The position numbers and the translations under genes are program-made. Positions 61,186 through 64,000 of a stretch of DNA of 64,000 bases are shown here, one piece after another. This DNA comes from Hyphomicrobiales bacterium (GTDB taxonomy: Bacteria > Pseudomonadota > Alphaproteobacteria > Rhizobiales > Beijerinckiaceae). The stretch is from assembly GCA_027488155.1 (NCBI GenBank), contig JAIYCE010000047.1, positions 30,530 through 94,529 of the forward strand, written 5' to 3'. Positions within the stretch are counted from its first letter, which is position 1. Every line of letters starts with the position of its first letter. Under the pieces are notes generated by a model that saw only the letters and a list, made by a program, of their open reading frames with translations, was not told the DNA's origin and searched no databases.

Positions 61186-61522
61186 GCGCCAGACCTTTTC
61201 ACCGACTGAGCGGCTTAAACTCTTCCTCGAGGCAAATGGTTGCTGCGCACATTGCTGCCTCAAAATCCAACCTGGCAAAAGATGGGACATCGATCACGTC
61301 ATCCCGCTGGCCCTTGGGGGCTCAAACGACGCCCGCAATCTTCAAGTTCTCTGCCAAGCATGTCACTCAAACAAAACGAAAACCGACCTCTCAACGACCG
61401 CCAAGTCTAAGCGCATGCAATTACGCCATCTCGGCGCGTCACGTAGCAAACGACCCCTCCCTTGTGGTCGCCACTCCCCGTTCAAGAAGACAATTGATGG
61501 CAAGGTCGTCAGGAGATCATAG
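61178..61522 (+). CDS. HNH endonuclease (phage type)
   Basis: CAHC...DHVIPLALGGSNDARNLQVLCQACHSNKT; ATG overlaps the recT stop (ATGAATAA). Confidence 0.88.
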   Translation: MNKRQTFSPTERLKLFLEANGCCAHCCLKIQPGKRWDIDHVIPLALGGSNDARNLQVLCQACHSNKTKTDLSTTAKSKRMQLRHLGASRSKRPLPCGRHSPFKKTIDGKVVRRS

Positions 61523-61942
61523 CGAAGAACTGCCGCCCCTCATCGGGGCCAGTCCAGTTAACCCTAGCGAAATTAAGCTATTGAAATGCTTAATCCACGA
61601 TGTAACCTAATGTAGATGGCTGACACAGGTATTGCGTTCAGCCATCACCCCCTTAGCCGTCAGTTACGATTAAGAGGCTGTTCCGCTCGAAATTATTTGG
61701 CGGCATTATTAGTTTTTCACCCTAAGGGTATTTGGTTGCAGGGGTCAGCAGCAATGGAAGCACCGAACGTACATCATTCATTTGAATTATTTTCTTAGCT
61801 TGACTATGCACTCATATTAAAATCTCTTATCGCCATAGTAAAATTACGGATCCCCGTAAGGATATTGCAAGAAGTACCGCACGCCGGATTGTGGTAACTT
61901 AAAACGAATATACACTACCCGTTGAAAGGCCCATGCGACCTC

Positions 61943-63724
61943 TCAGGAACGGCGCGCGTAGAAGCGGCTGATGACATCGAATGCAAGTTTCTTGGTCGCC
62001 TTGTCATCTGCGATCAGGCCTTTGCGGTTCATGCCTCTCTGGAATCGTGTCTGCCGACGCGGAGAGCGGAAGTCATAAAGGAGCCAAGGAAAAAATCCCT
62101 GGATCCACGGCACAACTGATATGATCTCAATCTGCTGGCGAAATATGTCTGCCTGACAGTCCTCAGTGAATAGTTCACGCGCGCTACCACGATGGCCTGC
62201 CAAAGCATCTGCACCCACTTCACTGATCACAACGGGACGATCGGGATTCGAATTAGCAATAAGCCTTTCGAGGCCGTTGAAATCTGGCTCATACCATCCG
62301 AAATACTCGTTAAGACCAACAACATCGAGATGATCAGCCAATCGATCCTCGATGCAGAAGGCGACCCGGTTGATAAGGCAAGCTGCGGCGATCAATCGTG
62401 TCGGGTCACAGGCGCGAGCAGCTTCCACCAGACCCCGCATGAAGGTGTAGCGCTCGACCGTGTCGGCGTTCTCGTTTCCGACACCCCACAAGATTACGCT
62501 AGCTCGGTTGCGGTCGCGGCCGATCATTTCTAGAAGCTGATTCTCGGCATCTGCATAGGTCGCCGGATTAGCGAAATCGATTGCCCAGTAGACCGGGATC
62601 TCCTCCCACAGCATCATTCCCTCTTCATCGGCAATCAAGGCGACGCGTTCGTGGTGGGGATAATGGGCCAGCCGCATCACGTTGCAGCCGAGCTCACGTG
62701 CATGCTGGAACCGGCGCCGCACATCGGTCTCTGTACTAGCGCGCCCTATGAAGATGTCGTCCTCGTGGACGCAGACGCCACGCAACCACAGCGGCTCTCC
62801 ATTTAGAAAAAGCTTCTCTCCGTCGCGGCGAACTTCGCGGAAGCCAACACGGTCTCGCAATTGGTCTTGGCCAAAGCGGATCTGGACGTCGTAGAGCTTG
62901 GGCGATAATGGCGACCATAGGTTAGGTCGGGCCTCTAGTACCAACTTCCCCTTGCCGCTGACGATGGGAATTCGTGTTGTTGGCACTAAATCGGGAATTG
63001 AGAACTCTGCCTCACCATCGATCTGATCAGACAAAGTTAAGTCCACTGCTATATGACTGAGCGTACCATCGGGAACGAGGTAGGCGCCGAAATCTCGAAT
63101 GAATACTCTAGGAAGCGGCACCAGTTCCACCTCCCGATATAGACCGCCATCATTAAACCAGTCGAAATGATGCATGGGCACGCGATCGGGACGCCGCCGA
63201 TTATCGACCTGGATCTGTAGTCGGTTCTCGCCGGCCAGCAGTGAATCTGTTAGTTCGACGAAGAACGGTGTTGAGCCACCCAAATGCGAAGCGAGAAAGA
63301 TGCCGTTCAGAAAAATGCGAGCCTCGTAATTAGCTGCACCTACACGCAGGATCAGTCGCTCACATTCTGGATGCGACTCCCATTCGAACAGGCGTGTGTA
63401 CCAAGCCGCTCCTTCGAAATGTCGCCATTCTGGCTGTAAACACGTCCAACACGACGGCACGGGCACAGTGATTTGAGGATCGAAGTCATAGTCGCGCGGC
63501 TTTTGCCACTCAGCAATATCGGTGAGATCATCGGCAAACCATTTCTGCCGTAAACCCTCGTCAAAGAGATCGAGCGTAAAACGCCACGGCCCGTCGAGCA
63601 CAATTCTCTGACGACCGGCCATTGCCACCATGTCTGCGGCTCGTGCGCGGTTGCGCGAATAGGGCGCCGCGTAATCCTCATCGTGTAGGTGTGCAAAGGG
63701 ATCGACTATGCTGTTGCCTGTCAT
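61943..63724 (-). CDS. Glycoside hydrolase family 2, beta-glucuronidase-like
   Basis: RLAHYPH, WGVGNE (acid/base), ISEVGA (nucleophile), YFGWY, NRKG (GUS NxKG motif); no signal peptide. Confidence 0.88.
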   Translation of the reverse strand: MTGNSIVDPFAHLHDEDYAAPYSRNRARAADMVAMAGRQRIVLDGPWRFTLDLFDEGLRQKWFADDLTDIAEWQKPRDYDFDPQITVPVPSCWTCLQPEWRHFEGAAWYTRLFEWESHPECERLILRVGAANYEARIFLNGIFLASHLGGSTPFFVELTDSLLAGENRLQIQVDNRRRPDRVPMHHFDWFNDGGLYREVELVPLPRVFIRDFGAYLVPDGTLSHIAVDLTLSDQIDGEAEFSIPDLVPTTRIPIVSGKGKLVLEARPNLWSPLSPKLYDVQIRFGQDQLRDRVGFREVRRDGEKLFLNGEPLWLRGVCVHEDDIFIGRASTETDVRRRFQHARELGCNVMRLAHYPHHERVALIADEEGMMLWEEIPVYWAIDFANPATYADAENQLLEMIGRDRNRASVILWGVGNENADTVERYTFMRGLVEAARACDPTRLIAAACLINRVAFCIEDRLADHLDVVGLNEYFGWYEPDFNGLERLIANSNPDRPVVISEVGADALAGHRGSARELFTEDCQADIFRQQIEIISVVPWIQGFFPWLLYDFRSPRRQTRFQRGMNRKGLIADDKATKKLAFDVISRFYARRS

Positions 63725-64000
63725 AGCGCCAATTCCCTGCGGTAGCCGATACCAACCATGCGACGGAATTCCCAGTGTCGCCATCTGGGCCAGAGGTGGT
63801 CTGAAATCATGGCGATAGCTATCCAGCGGAACCAGGTCGAAAATGTGTTTGAAATTCCCTGGGGTTCCTCATACCCGCGTACCCAACCGTCCTGCTGGCG
63901 AACACCATCGTAAATATCGGGAAAGCCACCGTCGGGATTTTGAAGTGCGAGGAGATGTGGCAGGAGCTCGCGTAACCAGCGCGTGATATCGGACTTCCGA
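63721..64000 (-). CDS. C-terminus of a prenyltransferase/squalene-oxidase-repeat protein (partial)
   Basis: Absent from the ORF track. Frame open from window end: RKSDITRWLRELLPHLLALQNPDGGFPDIYDGVRQQDGW...RRMVGIGYRRELAL*; TGA overlaps the GH2 ATG. Confidence 0.75.
   Translation of the reverse strand, partial: RKSDITRWLRELLPHLLALQNPDGGFPDIYDGVRQQDGWVRGYEEPQGISNTFSTWFRWIAIAMISDHLWPRWRHWEFRRMVGIGYRRELAL

Larger units (their letters stand above)
56030..61600. mobile_element. Accessory islet / phage-derived remnant (boundaries approximate)
   Basis: AT-rich flanks, lower GC than the core, phage-like XRE, RecT and HNH genes; no integrase or att site found. Confidence 0.55.

Noticed and set aside
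1-64000. CRISPR arrays, rRNA, IS elements
   Set aside because: No repeat-spacer periodicity, rRNA signature or transposase ORF seen

Overview
GC-rich alphaproteobacterial (Hyphomicrobiales-like) chromosome segment. Positions 1 to ~55.9 kb are mostly conserved core genes: rne (partial), amiC, PBP1A, prfB (+1 frameshift), M23 peptidase, bcp, YhdP-like protein, tyrS, a suf operon with two Irr/ICE boxes, ugd, two DUF900 lipoproteins, meaB-pcp, methylmalonyl-CoA mutase genes followed by an MNT-HEPN pair and a class 3 asparaginase, murJ-GT2/YdjC, an Fe-SOD with a Tat leader, ptrB, msrB, and the mucR-sufE-divJ-DUF1491-DUF2336 block. From ~56 kb the DNA is lower in GC and looks accessory. It carries a pair of unknown genes (one probably frameshifted) and an XRE repressor. 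Divergent from the repressor is a three-gene phage-like operon (unknown protein, RecT-like annealase, HNH nuclease) with no integrase, exonuclease or structural genes in view, repeat-expanded linkers and a sharp local GC-skew inversion. The window ends with a GH2 beta-glucuronidase-like gene coupled to a partial QxxDGG-repeat gene. No tRNA, rRNA or CRISPR array was recognised. All family calls rest on motif recognition by eye, not database searches.
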